A stretch of 64,000 nucleotides of DNA, from assembly GCA_944390735.1 (NCBI GenBank), contig CALXRL010000084.1, positions 937-64,936 of the forward strand. The letters run 5' to 3'. Positions within the stretch are counted from its first letter, which is position 1. Every line of letters starts with the position of its first letter. A program made the translations under genes and the position numbers. This stretch comes from an uncultured Victivallales bacterium (GTDB lineage Bacteria > Verrucomicrobiota > Lentisphaeria > Victivallales > UBA1829). Under the pieces are notes generated by a model. That model saw only the letters and a list, made by a program, of their open reading frames with translations, made no database searches and was not told the origin of the DNA. This document shows, piece after piece, positions 8,790 through 17,739 of the stretch.

Positions 8790-10091
8790 ATGACGAAACA
8801 GCCTTATGATGTTGTCGTCATCGGTTCCGGTCCCGCCGGTTTGTCCGCGGCTCTTGCGGCTGCGGAATCCGGTGTTTCGGTTCTGCTCTGCGAGCGTCTC
8901 CGCACCTTCGGTCTGAAACTCCTGGCAAGCGGCGGAGGAAAATGCAACGTTTCCAACATACTGGACAAAACCGCCTTCCTCAACGCCTTCGGAAGAGAAG
9001 GACGTTTTCTCAAACCGGCCCTTGACTTTGCCTATCATGACTGGCTCTTCCCGTTTCTGAAGCAGTGGAACGTTCCGTTGAAACTGGAAAATCAATTTCA
9101 CTACTTCCCCGTGTCCGAACGGGCCGGAGACATCCTGAACGCTTTTCTGAACGCTTTTCAAAATGCCGGAGGAACAAGAAAAAAAGAGACCGAAGTCACG
9201 GATATCATCGTCAATGACGGAAAAATTTCAGGTGTAACGTTAAATGACGGAAAAATGACGGAATGCAGAAGCGTCATTCTGGCCTCCGGCGGGACCGCCT
9301 GGCCGAAACTTGGCGGAACTGAAAGCGGATTGAATCTGGCCGCAAAACTGGGTCACAGCATTGCACCGATTTATCCGGCAATGGCCCCTCTTCTGATCCG
9401 CGATCAATGGGTTCGAAACCTGACGGGCATCTCCCTGCCGGATTCGGAACTCTCCTTCCGCCGGGGCCATACCCGCTTTCACAACCGGGGAGAGCTTCTC
9501 TTCACTCACGAGGGCTTTTCCGGTCCCTGCGCAATTGATCTGGCAGCTTCCCTTGCCGAAAGCTGCGACAGAAACGGAGGAGAAACCACTCTTCTCTTCC
9601 GGGCCGATGCCTCGCGTGACGCGGCATTCTGGCGCAGAAAACTGGATCTGCTGCGAACCCGGGATGGAAAAAAGCTGGTTCGGACTCTTCTCGCCGGATG
9701 GTTTCCGCACGCCCTCTCCGATGCGTTCTGCCGTCTTGCGGGATGTTACGACCGGAAAATCAGCGAACTGACCGCTCCTCTGCGCGAACGTCTCTGCACC
9801 CTCCTCTCCGAAACCCCGTTGACCGCAATCGGGGCAGGGCCGATGGAAAAAGCCATGGCAATGAAAGGCGGAGTCAAACTCAGGGAAATCAATCCGAAGA
9901 CTCTGGAGAGCCGTCTTGTAAAAGGATTGTTCTTTGCGGGAGAAATCATGGATCTTGTCGGTCCCTGCGGCGGATACAACATTCAATGGGCGCTCTCCAG
10001 CGGACGGCTCGCAGGATCATCCGCAGGAGCGGCCGTTTCCGCCGGAGACGGTCAGACGACCGCCCCGAGAAACGAATTTACAGGGAAATGA
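8790..10091 (+). CDS. HI0933/BaiN-like NAD(P)/FAD-dependent flavoprotein
   Basis: Dinucleotide fold VVVIGSGPAGLSAA. The GGGKCNVSN motif is characteristic of this family. C-terminal FFAGEIMDLVGPCGGYN. Confidence 0.8.
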   Translation: MTKQPYDVVVIGSGPAGLSAALAAAESGVSVLLCERLRTFGLKLLASGGGKCNVSNILDKTAFLNAFGREGRFLKPALDFAYHDWLFPFLKQWNVPLKLENQFHYFPVSERAGDILNAFLNAFQNAGGTRKKETEVTDIIVNDGKISGVTLNDGKMTECRSVILASGGTAWPKLGGTESGLNLAAKLGHSIAPIYPAMAPLLIRDQWVRNLTGISLPDSELSFRRGHTRFHNRGELLFTHEGFSGPCAIDLAASLAESCDRNGGETTLLFRADASRDAAFWRRKLDLLRTRDGKKLVRTLLAGWFPHALSDAFCRLAGCYDRKISELTAPLRERLCTLLSETPLTAIGAGPMEKAMAMKGGVKLREINPKTLESRLVKGLFFAGEIMDLVGPCGGYNIQWALSSGRLAGSSAGAAVSAGDGQTTAPRNEFTGK

Positions 10092-11124
10092 TCCTGGAAG
10101 CGCGGAACACCTCGTCATCCGGCAGATCGGTAAACGCGTAAAAAACCTGTCCGGCCTTCCGGGTCTTCAAAAGAAACGATTCCTTTGCCTTGAGATCCAG
10201 GTCCGCAACGGCGTCATCCACCAGAACAACCACCTTTGCGCTCTGTTCGGAAATCAGTTCAAATTCCGCGAGTTTTAGGGCGAGGGAGACCATTCTGCAC
10301 TGTCCGCGCGAACCGTAAAAGCGAAGCGCCTTTCCATTTGCCAGCAGATCAAAATCATCCACATGAGGCCCGGTCAAGGTTGCACAGCGTTCCAGCTCCT
10401 TGTCGATCGTCTTCTCGAGCTTTTCCTGAAATCTCTCCCGGTCAAGCGTTTCGGCGGAATGTCTGGAAATCATCTGAAAATCTTCCAGCTCCGGACGGAT
10501 CTCCTGGAGCAGAAGCACCGTCTTCTCCTCCAGAACCTTCAGAAGCTGAATACGCCTGTTGACAATCAGCGAACCGGCCTCGGCAAGAAGAACGCCGTAA
10601 ACGTTCAGAAGGGAGCGATCCGCCCGTCCGCTTTTCAGAAGGCTGTTGCGCGTTTTCAATGCGGAGGCATATTTCTGAAGCGCCCGGAAATAATCGCCGT
10701 CCAGCATGCAGATAAACATATCCAGAAAGCGTCTGCGAAGAACAGGCGAGCCCGTAACGATCACCGGATCATCCGGCAGGAACGCCACACATTGAAAACG
10801 GCCGGCAAATTCGCTGGCCCGCCTGACCGGCTGACCATCCAGAAAGAGCCGCCGTTCAGAAAAATCCTCGATTCGCAGTTCCCTTTCCCAGTCCTCCCTG
10901 CGCATCATTTTCAATGCCAGTTCAAATCCGCGTGAACCGATCCGCTTCATCTCCCGGATTTTCGAGGTGCGGAAAGAGCGCAGCGTCGAAAGAAAATAGA
11001 TTGCCTCCAGAAGTGACGTTTTTCCCCGGCCGTTGGCCCCCAGAAACACCGTGGAGGAACCCTCCAGTTCGAAATCGGCGGATTCAAAATTTCTGAAATT
11101 TCTCAGAGACAGCGACTTCAGCAT
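10078..11124 (-). CDS. recF: DNA replication and repair protein RecF
   Basis: MLKSLSLRNFRNF start, Walker A GANGRGKTSLLEA, position directly downstream of dnaN. Confidence 0.9.
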   Translation of the reverse strand: MLKSLSLRNFRNFESADFELEGSSTVFLGANGRGKTSLLEAIYFLSTLRSFRTSKIREMKRIGSRGFELALKMMRREDWERELRIEDFSERRLFLDGQPVRRASEFAGRFQCVAFLPDDPVIVTGSPVLRRRFLDMFICMLDGDYFRALQKYASALKTRNSLLKSGRADRSLLNVYGVLLAEAGSLIVNRRIQLLKVLEEKTVLLLQEIRPELEDFQMISRHSAETLDRERFQEKLEKTIDKELERCATLTGPHVDDFDLLANGKALRFYGSRGQCRMVSLALKLAEFELISEQSAKVVVLVDDAVADLDLKAKESFLLKTRKAGQVFYAFTDLPDDEVFRASRIISL

Positions 11125-11217
11125 TCTGTTTCAGATCCGGGGACGGACCTCTTTCTCTTCCGCCCGTCCCGCGCATCGTCCGGAAAAAGAATTTTCCGGA
11201 CGGCAGTCAGCGGAAAA

Positions 11218-12318
11218 TCAGTTTTTCCGCATCGGCATGATGACGTACAGGAAGCCGTCGTTGCTCTTGATGGCGATCGGACTTGTCGCATCGTTCATCT
11301 TCAGCGTCACGGTTTCCACATCCAGCCGTTTGAACGGATCCGCCAGGAACTGCGGATTGAACGAAACGGAAATCTCCTCAAACGCATACTCGATCGGCAT
11401 GGTTTCGTGCCCTTCGCCGATGTTGATGCTGTTGGCTTCAAATTTCAGCGTATTGGCCGAGAAGGTCAGCTTCACATACGCCGAGGAGTCAAACAGCGGA
11501 ACGCTCACAATTTCCAGCGCATCCACGAACTCCCGGCAGGGCAGTTCCACCTTCTTCGAGAACGCGGTCGGAATCACAGCCCGGTACTGCGGATAAACTC
11601 CTTCAATCAGTTTCGAAACGATCACTGTGTCTCCGATTTTGAAAATGGCCTGATTGCTTCCGATTTCAATAAAGACGTCGCCATCCTTCTCCAGCGCGCG
11701 CTTGGCCTCGGTCGCGGCTTTGATCGTGATGATGATGTCGCCGTCGTCACCTTCCGGAGCTTCGTCCAGAAGTTTTTCCACAAGCGCAAGACGTTTTCCG
11801 TCGGTGGCGACAGCCGTCAGATTTCCCTCCTTGACCGAAAGAAGAATGCCGTGCAGGAATTTTCTGGCATCATCAATGCTTGCAGCATAGGAGATGCGGT
11901 CGATGATTCTTGCAAAATCGCTCTGTTTCAATTTGATTTTACGCTGAGGAACAAATTCGATCGGCGCGGGAAAATCCTTCGGATCCAGTCCCAGAAGCAT
12001 GAATTCGGCGGTTCCGCAGGTAATTTTGGAATGGTGATTTTCATTGGTTTCAATCGTAACCGAATCGCCTTTGAATTTGGCGACAAGACCCAAAAACCGT
12101 TTTGCCGGAATGGTCGTGGAACCAGGTTCGGTGATTTCCGCTTCGATTTTAGTAGAAATTCTCAATTCCAGATCGGTGGTAGTGAACGTAAGCTTGCCAT
12201 CATCTCCGGTTTCGATAAGAACATTCGCCAGCACAGGCAAAGTGGTTCTGTTGCCGATGATGTTGCAGATCTTCTGAAGCGCCTTCAGAAGAACCTCTTT
12301 TTTCACGCTGATTTTCAT
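11218..12318 (-). CDS. dnaN: DNA polymerase III beta sliding clamp
   Basis: Start taken at the internal ATG giving MKISVKKEVLLKALQ (366 aa, canonical clamp length). dnaN-recF synteny. Confidence 0.9.
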   Translation of the reverse strand: MKISVKKEVLLKALQKICNIIGNRTTLPVLANVLIETGDDGKLTFTTTDLELRISTKIEAEITEPGSTTIPAKRFLGLVAKFKGDSVTIETNENHHSKITCGTAEFMLLGLDPKDFPAPIEFVPQRKIKLKQSDFARIIDRISYAASIDDARKFLHGILLSVKEGNLTAVATDGKRLALVEKLLDEAPEGDDGDIIITIKAATEAKRALEKDGDVFIEIGSNQAIFKIGDTVIVSKLIEGVYPQYRAVIPTAFSKKVELPCREFVDALEIVSVPLFDSSAYVKLTFSANTLKFEANSINIGEGHETMPIEYAFEEISVSFNPQFLADPFKRLDVETVTLKMNDATSPIAIKSNDGFLYVIMPMRKN

Positions 12319-12360
12319 GGTTGCGCCTTTCTGCTTTTCTGTTTCAACAATCCTTGTCAA

Positions 12361-12959
12361 GCATTTTCTTCATCCTTGTACTTTAGCCTCTGAAATTCTT
12401 TTTTCAACAGAAAATTTGAAATTTATCCATGGATAGGCCGGGAATTTTTCCGGGGATTCTTTTCTTTCATTTTTGTTCGTCGGAAAGGGAAAGCCTCCCG
12501 AGTTTTCAACATTTTTTCCGTTGTCTGTTACTCTATTTTATTCTTAATTTTCTATTTTTTTCTTATTAGTATGTCTGTCCATACTGTTGACAACCCCGGA
12601 ATTCGAGCTTGAAATATGAAAAAGATCCATGTTCACAATCTGTTGCTCCCCTGTGGGAAAATCCCCGGTTATGGACAGGACCGGATTTGTTCAGTTTTTC
12701 CTCACCGGTTCTGAACAGAGTTATCAACAGTTGATTGCCCGTTTTCCTTCTTCGAATAAAATGTCCGCGGAGTGACCCGTTTCCGTGAATTTTCCGGAGA
12801 AACGCAGCCGGTTTGCCGGAATTGAATAATTTTGCGCAAAATAATTTTTATTTTCCGCTCCGGAAAAAAATGGATGCGGGATTTGACTTTCCCGGAAAAG
12901 TATGGTTTATTAACATACTCTGTATTTTTTGAAAACTGAACCGGGATGAGATCGTTTTT
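12361..12959. other. Candidate chromosomal replication origin (oriC)
   Basis: A 600-bp non-coding gap upstream of dnaN. AT-rich tract at about 12525-12572. DnaA-box-like 9-mers: TTATCAACA 12721 (8/9), TTATCCATG 12423 inside the palindrome TATCCATGGATA, TGTGGGAAA 12652, TTATGGACA 12669, TGTTGACAA 12585 (7/9 each). No dnaA gene in the window. Confidence 0.4.
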
Positions 12960-13604
12960 ATGGAGAAGAATCGTTATTGGAAGGATCTGGAGAATCGTTA
13001 TCCGGTGCTGTCGGCCTGTGAAGAGGAGATCATGCAGGCATATTCGATTCTGGAGACGACGTTTATGAACGGAGGAACCGTTTTCACCTGCGGGAACGGA
13101 GGCAGTCAATCCGACGCGGATCACATTGTGGGAGAGCTTTCCAAGGGATTTCTGCTCAAGCGTCCGGTTCCGCCGGAAAAGGTGTTTCAGATGTCCGCAT
13201 CCCTCGGAGAGGATGCAACCGCGCTCTGCGCTTCCCTTCAGATGGGACTGCGCGCAATGAATCTCTCTTCCCAGCCCGCGCTTTCCACTGCGTATTCCAA
13301 TGATGTGGATCCTCTTATGTCGCTGGCCCAGGAACTCTTTGTCATGGGAAAAAAGGGAGATGCGGTCATCGGCTTGAGCACATCGGGAAATGCTCGCAAT
13401 ATTCTGAATGCGTTCCGGGTTGCCGGCGGAATCGGCGTTCGGCGGATCCTCTTCACCGGAAGCGGTCATGGAAAATGTGAAAAGTATGCCGACTGTGTCA
13501 TTCATGCTCCCGCATGCGAGACCTATCAGGTGCAGGAACTGCATCTTCCTATCTATCATACGATCTGCATCATGCTGGAGGACCGGTTCTATGGAAAATC
13601 CTGA
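12960..13604 (+). CDS. SIS-domain phosphoheptose isomerase-like protein (GmhA/DiaA family)
   Basis: GGTVFTCGNGGSQSDADHIVGEL matches the GmhA-type SIS motif. 214 aa. Confidence 0.8.
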   Translation: MEKNRYWKDLENRYPVLSACEEEIMQAYSILETTFMNGGTVFTCGNGGSQSDADHIVGELSKGFLLKRPVPPEKVFQMSASLGEDATALCASLQMGLRAMNLSSQPALSTAYSNDVDPLMSLAQELFVMGKKGDAVIGLSTSGNARNILNAFRVAGGIGVRRILFTGSGHGKCEKYADCVIHAPACETYQVQELHLPIYHTICIMLEDRFYGKS

Positions 13605-14310
13605 AAAGCTGAAAATTCCCCGTCATGTCGCCATCATCATGGACGGCAATGGAAGATGGGCGGAGAAACATGGAAAATCACATGCGGAGGGCCATCTGGC
13701 CGGCGCCGAATGTGTGGAACGTCTGCTTGAAACCGTTTCCGAATACGGGATCTCCTTCCTGACCCTCTATGCCTTCAGTACGGAAAACTGGAAGCGTTCC
13801 CGCGAAGAAATTGACGCCCTGATGCTGCTTTTGACGGAATTCATCCGGAAGAATCTGACGAAGATGAAGAAAAATAAAATCCGTCTTCTGGTAACCGGCA
13901 GAATTGACGGATTGCCGGAAGAACCGAGAAATGAACTCAAAAAAGCCATTGCTGAAACGGCGGAAGATTATCAATATACCCTGATTCTCGCCTTGAATTA
14001 CGGGGGACGAGCTGAAATTGTCGACGCTGCAAAACAAATTGCCTGCGACGTCAAAGACGGAAAACTGGATCCATCCGTCATTGACGAAACCCTCTTTTCC
14101 CGTTATCTTTATCTGCCGGATGTTCCCGATCCGGATCTGATGATCCGTACCAGCGGGGAACTGCGGATCAGCAACTTTCTGCTGTGGGAACTCTCCTATG
14201 CCGAGTTCTATGTCACGGACACCTACTGGCCCGATTTCGACGCCGCGGAGTTCCGGAAGGCAATCGAAGCCTATACGGCAAGAGACAGACGTTTCGGAGG
14301 AAGAAAATAA
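13591..14310 (+). CDS. uppS: Undecaprenyl diphosphate synthase
   Basis: Start at ATG 13591 (MENPEKLKIPRHVAIIMDGNGRWA). C-terminal RTSGELRISNFLLWE. The longer ORF from 13408 overlaps the SIS gene and is rejected. Confidence 0.9.
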   Translation: MENPEKLKIPRHVAIIMDGNGRWAEKHGKSHAEGHLAGAECVERLLETVSEYGISFLTLYAFSTENWKRSREEIDALMLLLTEFIRKNLTKMKKNKIRLLVTGRIDGLPEEPRNELKKAIAETAEDYQYTLILALNYGGRAEIVDAAKQIACDVKDGKLDPSVIDETLFSRYLYLPDVPDPDLMIRTSGELRISNFLLWELSYAEFYVTDTYWPDFDAAEFRKAIEAYTARDRRFGGRK

Positions 14311-15191
14311 TGTTTATTCCAAGATTATGCAGTTCCATCGTGCTTCTGCTGCTGTTTTTCTGTTCCGTGTTCGTTCCGGGAACGGTCGGAAGATGCTGCT
14401 TTACGGTTCTGGCGGCCGCTGGAGCGTTTCTTTCCATTCAGGAGTTCTGCAAACTGCTGAGAAACAAGGCAATGGAGTCGTATTCGGTCTATACCGGGAT
14501 TGTCATGGCGGTGTGGGTGATCGGAGTTCTCTATCTGCAGATTCTCTTTTCCAGCGAATTTGCATCGGCTTTTCTGCTGTTTCTGCTGCTGATTCCGGTG
14601 GTGTTTGTCTGTTCGCTCTGGTGGAAGATTCTTTGTGCGGAACGCAGGATCGAGGTTCTGAAGAAGGTTCTGGTCTCCGCGGCCGCGTTTTTTCTGTTTC
14701 TGATTCCGTTTACCATTCTCGCGTGGCTCTATTCGATGGAAGAGGTGCGGGGAGGGGAGATTCACAAGCTTTTCTTTTATCTGGTGATCGGAACCAAGAT
14801 CGGGGATATCGGAGCGTATGTGACGGGTTCTCTTTCCAATAAGATCACGAAAGGGAGGAATCACAAGCTGATTCCGTCGATCAGTCCGGGAAAATCGTGG
14901 GAGGGGCTGTTCGGCGGACTGATTCTCACGATTGCGTTCAGTCTTCTGGTCTTTCCGTGGGCGTTCGGAAGGGAGATTCCGTTCTGGATCAGTCTGATTT
15001 TCGGAACGGTGCTGTTTTTCGGAGGGGCGGCGGGCGATCTTGCGGAATCGTCGCTGAAACGCATGTGCGAGATCAAGGATTCCGGAACGATCATTCCCGG
15101 AATCGGCGGAGTGCTGGATCTGGTGGACAGTCTTTTGCTGAATACTCCGATTTTCAGCTTTATGTATTGGCTTTTGATGCTATATTACTGA
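14310..15191 (+). CDS. cdsA: Phosphatidate cytidylyltransferase (CdsA family)
   Basis: Start ATG 14310 overlaps the uppS stop (TAATG). Polytopic membrane protein. C-terminal signature SLKRMCEIKDSGTIIPGIGGVLDLVDS, a variant of the CdsA motif. Confidence 0.85.
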   Translation: MFIPRLCSSIVLLLLFFCSVFVPGTVGRCCFTVLAAAGAFLSIQEFCKLLRNKAMESYSVYTGIVMAVWVIGVLYLQILFSSEFASAFLLFLLLIPVVFVCSLWWKILCAERRIEVLKKVLVSAAAFFLFLIPFTILAWLYSMEEVRGGEIHKLFFYLVIGTKIGDIGAYVTGSLSNKITKGRNHKLIPSISPGKSWEGLFGGLILTIAFSLLVFPWAFGREIPFWISLIFGTVLFFGGAAGDLAESSLKRMCEIKDSGTIIPGIGGVLDLVDSLLLNTPIFSFMYWLLMLYY

Positions 15192-15219
15192 TCGCAGTCA
15201 ACCACAGGAGATTTGGAAG

Positions 15220-15711
15220 ATGGATCACAAACAGGACATTTTGAGAGTTCTCCGGGAGGATGCCCGGCTCTCGAACGAAGACATCGCGGAACGTCTCGGC
15301 ATTACGGCGAAAACGGTTGCCGCAACGATCAAAAAACTGGAGAAAGACGGGGTGATCGTCGGTTTTCGAGCGTTGTTCGACGATTCCAAACTCCCTGAAA
15401 ATGCCGTGAAGGCGATTATCGAAGTCAAAGTCAAACCGGAACGGAACGGCGGATTCGACCGGATTGCCAGAAGAATCAGCAAGTTTTCCAAAGTGGAAAG
15501 TCTTTCCCTGATGTCCTCCGGCATGTTCGATCTCATGCTTGAAATCAAAGGGGAGACCCTCAACGATGTAGCGGAGTTTGTCTCCAGTAAACTGGCGCCC
15601 ATGGAAGGCGTGATTTCCACCTCCACTCATTTTATCTTGAAAAAATACAAAATATCGGGAAAATTACTGCAAAATGAAGACGAAAATGAACGACTCAAAG
15701 TCACCCCGTGA
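15220..15711 (+). CDS. Lrp/AsnC-family transcriptional regulator
   Basis: HTH LSNEDIAERLGITAKTVAATIKKLEKDGVI followed by an AsnC-type ligand domain. 163 aa. Confidence 0.85.
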   Translation: MDHKQDILRVLREDARLSNEDIAERLGITAKTVAATIKKLEKDGVIVGFRALFDDSKLPENAVKAIIEVKVKPERNGGFDRIARRISKFSKVESLSLMSSGMFDLMLEIKGETLNDVAEFVSSKLAPMEGVISTSTHFILKKYKISGKLLQNEDENERLKVTP

Positions 15712-16879
15712 TCTCTCCTCCCGGGTGGCAAAACATATTGCTTCCCTGCCGAAAAGCGGAATTCGCGACTTTTTTGAACTGGTCAACACCATGGATGATG
15801 TCATTTCCCTCGGCATCGGGGAACCGGATTTCGTGACGCCCTGGACCATCCGCGAAGGATCCATCTACTCGCTCGAACGGGGAAGAACAAGCTATACTTC
15901 CAATCTCGGTCTGCTTTCGCTGAGAAAGGCCATCTGCAAATATGTCGCGGAAAATTACAAGGTTGAATATGATCCTGTGCACGAATGTATCGTGACAGTC
16001 GGCGTGAGCGAGGCGCTGGACCTCGTGATCCGCGCAATCACCGATCCCGGTGATGAAATCATTTACAACGAACCGTGCTATGTCTCCTATTATTCCGAGA
16101 TTAAAATGGCGCACGGCGTTCCCGTTCCCGTTCCGACATATGAAAAAAACAATTTTGCACTGGATCCTGCCGATCTCGAAAAGGCGATCACTCCGAAAAC
16201 AAAAGCCATTCTTCTGAATTTTCCCTGCAATCCGACCGGTGCCACGCTGAACATGGAACAGCTGGAAAAAATCGCTCAGATCGCAATCCGGCATGATCTG
16301 CTTGTTCTGACCGACCTGATCTATTCGGAACTCACCTATTCCGGCAATATTCTTCCCGCGATCTCCTCGCTTCCGGGAATGAAGGAGCGAACCATCTTCC
16401 TGCACGGATTCTCCAAGGCGTTTGCCATGACCGGTTTCCGTGTCGGATATGCCTGCGGTCCGTTCGAAATCATTGATGCAATGATGAAAATTCATCAGTA
16501 CTCCATGCTTTGCGCATCCATCACGGCGCAGGAGGCGGCGGAAGAGGCTCTCCGAAACGGAAAACGCGATATGGAAGGCATGCGGCGCGAATATATGAAC
16601 CGCCGGAATGTGATCGTCAAAGGGTTCAATAAAATGGGACTTTCCTGCTTTATGCCGGAAGGAGCGTTTTATGCGTTCCCGAATATCACTTCGACCGGCT
16701 TGTCCTCCACGGAATTTGCAAAGAGACTGCTGCTGGAAAAACGGGTTGCGGTGGTGCCCGGCTGCGCATTCGGAAAATCAGGAGAGGGATATGTCCGCTG
16801 TTCCTACGCCACTTCCATGGAAGGGATCCGGGAGGCGCTCAAGCGGATGGAGGCGTTTCTGAAATCCCTGAAAAAATAA
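15674..16879 (+). CDS. Class I/II PLP-dependent aminotransferase (aspartate/alanine aminotransferase-like)
   Basis: NPTG (FPCNPTGA) and PLP-lysine motif SKAFAMTGFRVGY. Overlaps the Lrp gene by 38 nt. An alternative start is ATG 15686. Confidence 0.85.
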   Translation: MKTKMNDSKSPRDLSSRVAKHIASLPKSGIRDFFELVNTMDDVISLGIGEPDFVTPWTIREGSIYSLERGRTSYTSNLGLLSLRKAICKYVAENYKVEYDPVHECIVTVGVSEALDLVIRAITDPGDEIIYNEPCYVSYYSEIKMAHGVPVPVPTYEKNNFALDPADLEKAITPKTKAILLNFPCNPTGATLNMEQLEKIAQIAIRHDLLVLTDLIYSELTYSGNILPAISSLPGMKERTIFLHGFSKAFAMTGFRVGYACGPFEIIDAMMKIHQYSMLCASITAQEAAEEALRNGKRDMEGMRREYMNRRNVIVKGFNKMGLSCFMPEGAFYAFPNITSTGLSSTEFAKRLLLEKRVAVVPGCAFGKSGEGYVRCSYATSMEGIREALKRMEAFLKSLKK

Positions 16880-16981
16880 TCCGCTTTGATCCGTTTTTCC
16901 GAAGACCGCCGGGAAGGGGGGTGGCGGGAGAATCATGGAATCAAAGTGAAATAAAAACATCTTCCAATACGGAGAATTCGA

Positions 16982-17719
16982 ATGTACAAACTATTATTTC
17001 TGCTTTTCTTCTGCGCCCTGATCGCTTGCGGTGAGGGACAGAAGCTTCCGTTCCGTTCCGGAAAAATTCTCTCTGCGCAGGTTTCCGGCAAAAAGCCGGA
17101 GATTGCTTCCGACAAGCAGAAGGATACGCCGGGAGGCGTCTGGGCGGAACTGGTCATTCAGCTGAATCCGGGCCGAAAACTTGGAAGCATGGATTATTAT
17201 ATTGAATGGAACGGGAAAAAATATCCCTGCCGCGCAATCGCCAGAAACAATGACCGGTATGACGCCGATGTCTGGGAGATTTCTGATCCGCTGGACAGTG
17301 ACAAAATCCGCATGCTGTTCAATCCTCCCCGCATCGCGGAAGGACCGGTTGTCTACGAGGTGAAGTTTGCGTTCCGTGACACACTTCCGTATCCGAAGGT
17401 GCCGTTCAAGGACATGGGATCGGAAGCGTTTACTCCCGCTTCCGCGATTCCTGCGGAGGGCGTCATGGGAGCCTCCTCCGTCGTCTCCGCCGCGCCTGCT
17501 TCGGCTGATTCCGCGGAAAAGGAACAAAAAGAGGAAGGCGCGGAAAAGAAAAATGAAGCTTCCGCGGAAACGAAAGCTCCGCAGTCTGGAAAACCGCAGA
17601 ATTCCGCGGGTAAAACTCCCGCGAAAACACCTGCAAAAGGAGCGGCAAAAACGTCTGTAAAAGCCCCGGCGAAAACACCTGCAAAAGGAGCGCCTGCTCC
17701 GCGGAAGAGCGGAAAATAA
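16982..17719 (+). CDS. Hypothetical lipoprotein with Lys/Ala/Pro-rich C-terminal tail
   Basis: Signal peptide with lipobox LIAC (Cys16). C-terminal ~80 aa are low complexity with KTPAK/APAK repeats (AKTPAKGAAKTSVKAPAKTPAKGAPAP). Confidence 0.6.
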   Translation: MYKLLFLLFFCALIACGEGQKLPFRSGKILSAQVSGKKPEIASDKQKDTPGGVWAELVIQLNPGRKLGSMDYYIEWNGKKYPCRAIARNNDRYDADVWEISDPLDSDKIRMLFNPPRIAEGPVVYEVKFAFRDTLPYPKVPFKDMGSEAFTPASAIPAEGVMGASSVVSAAPASADSAEKEQKEEGAEKKNEASAETKAPQSGKPQNSAGKTPAKTPAKGAAKTSVKAPAKTPAKGAPAPRKSGK

Positions 17720-17739
17720 AAAGTTGAGAGAGTCTGCCT

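Noticed and set aside
12702-13559. 285-codon minus-strand ORF covering part of the candidate origin and the SIS gene.
   Set aside because: It is antisense to a motif-bearing SIS gene. Its 3' portion runs through the AT-rich non-coding region, and it has no motif.
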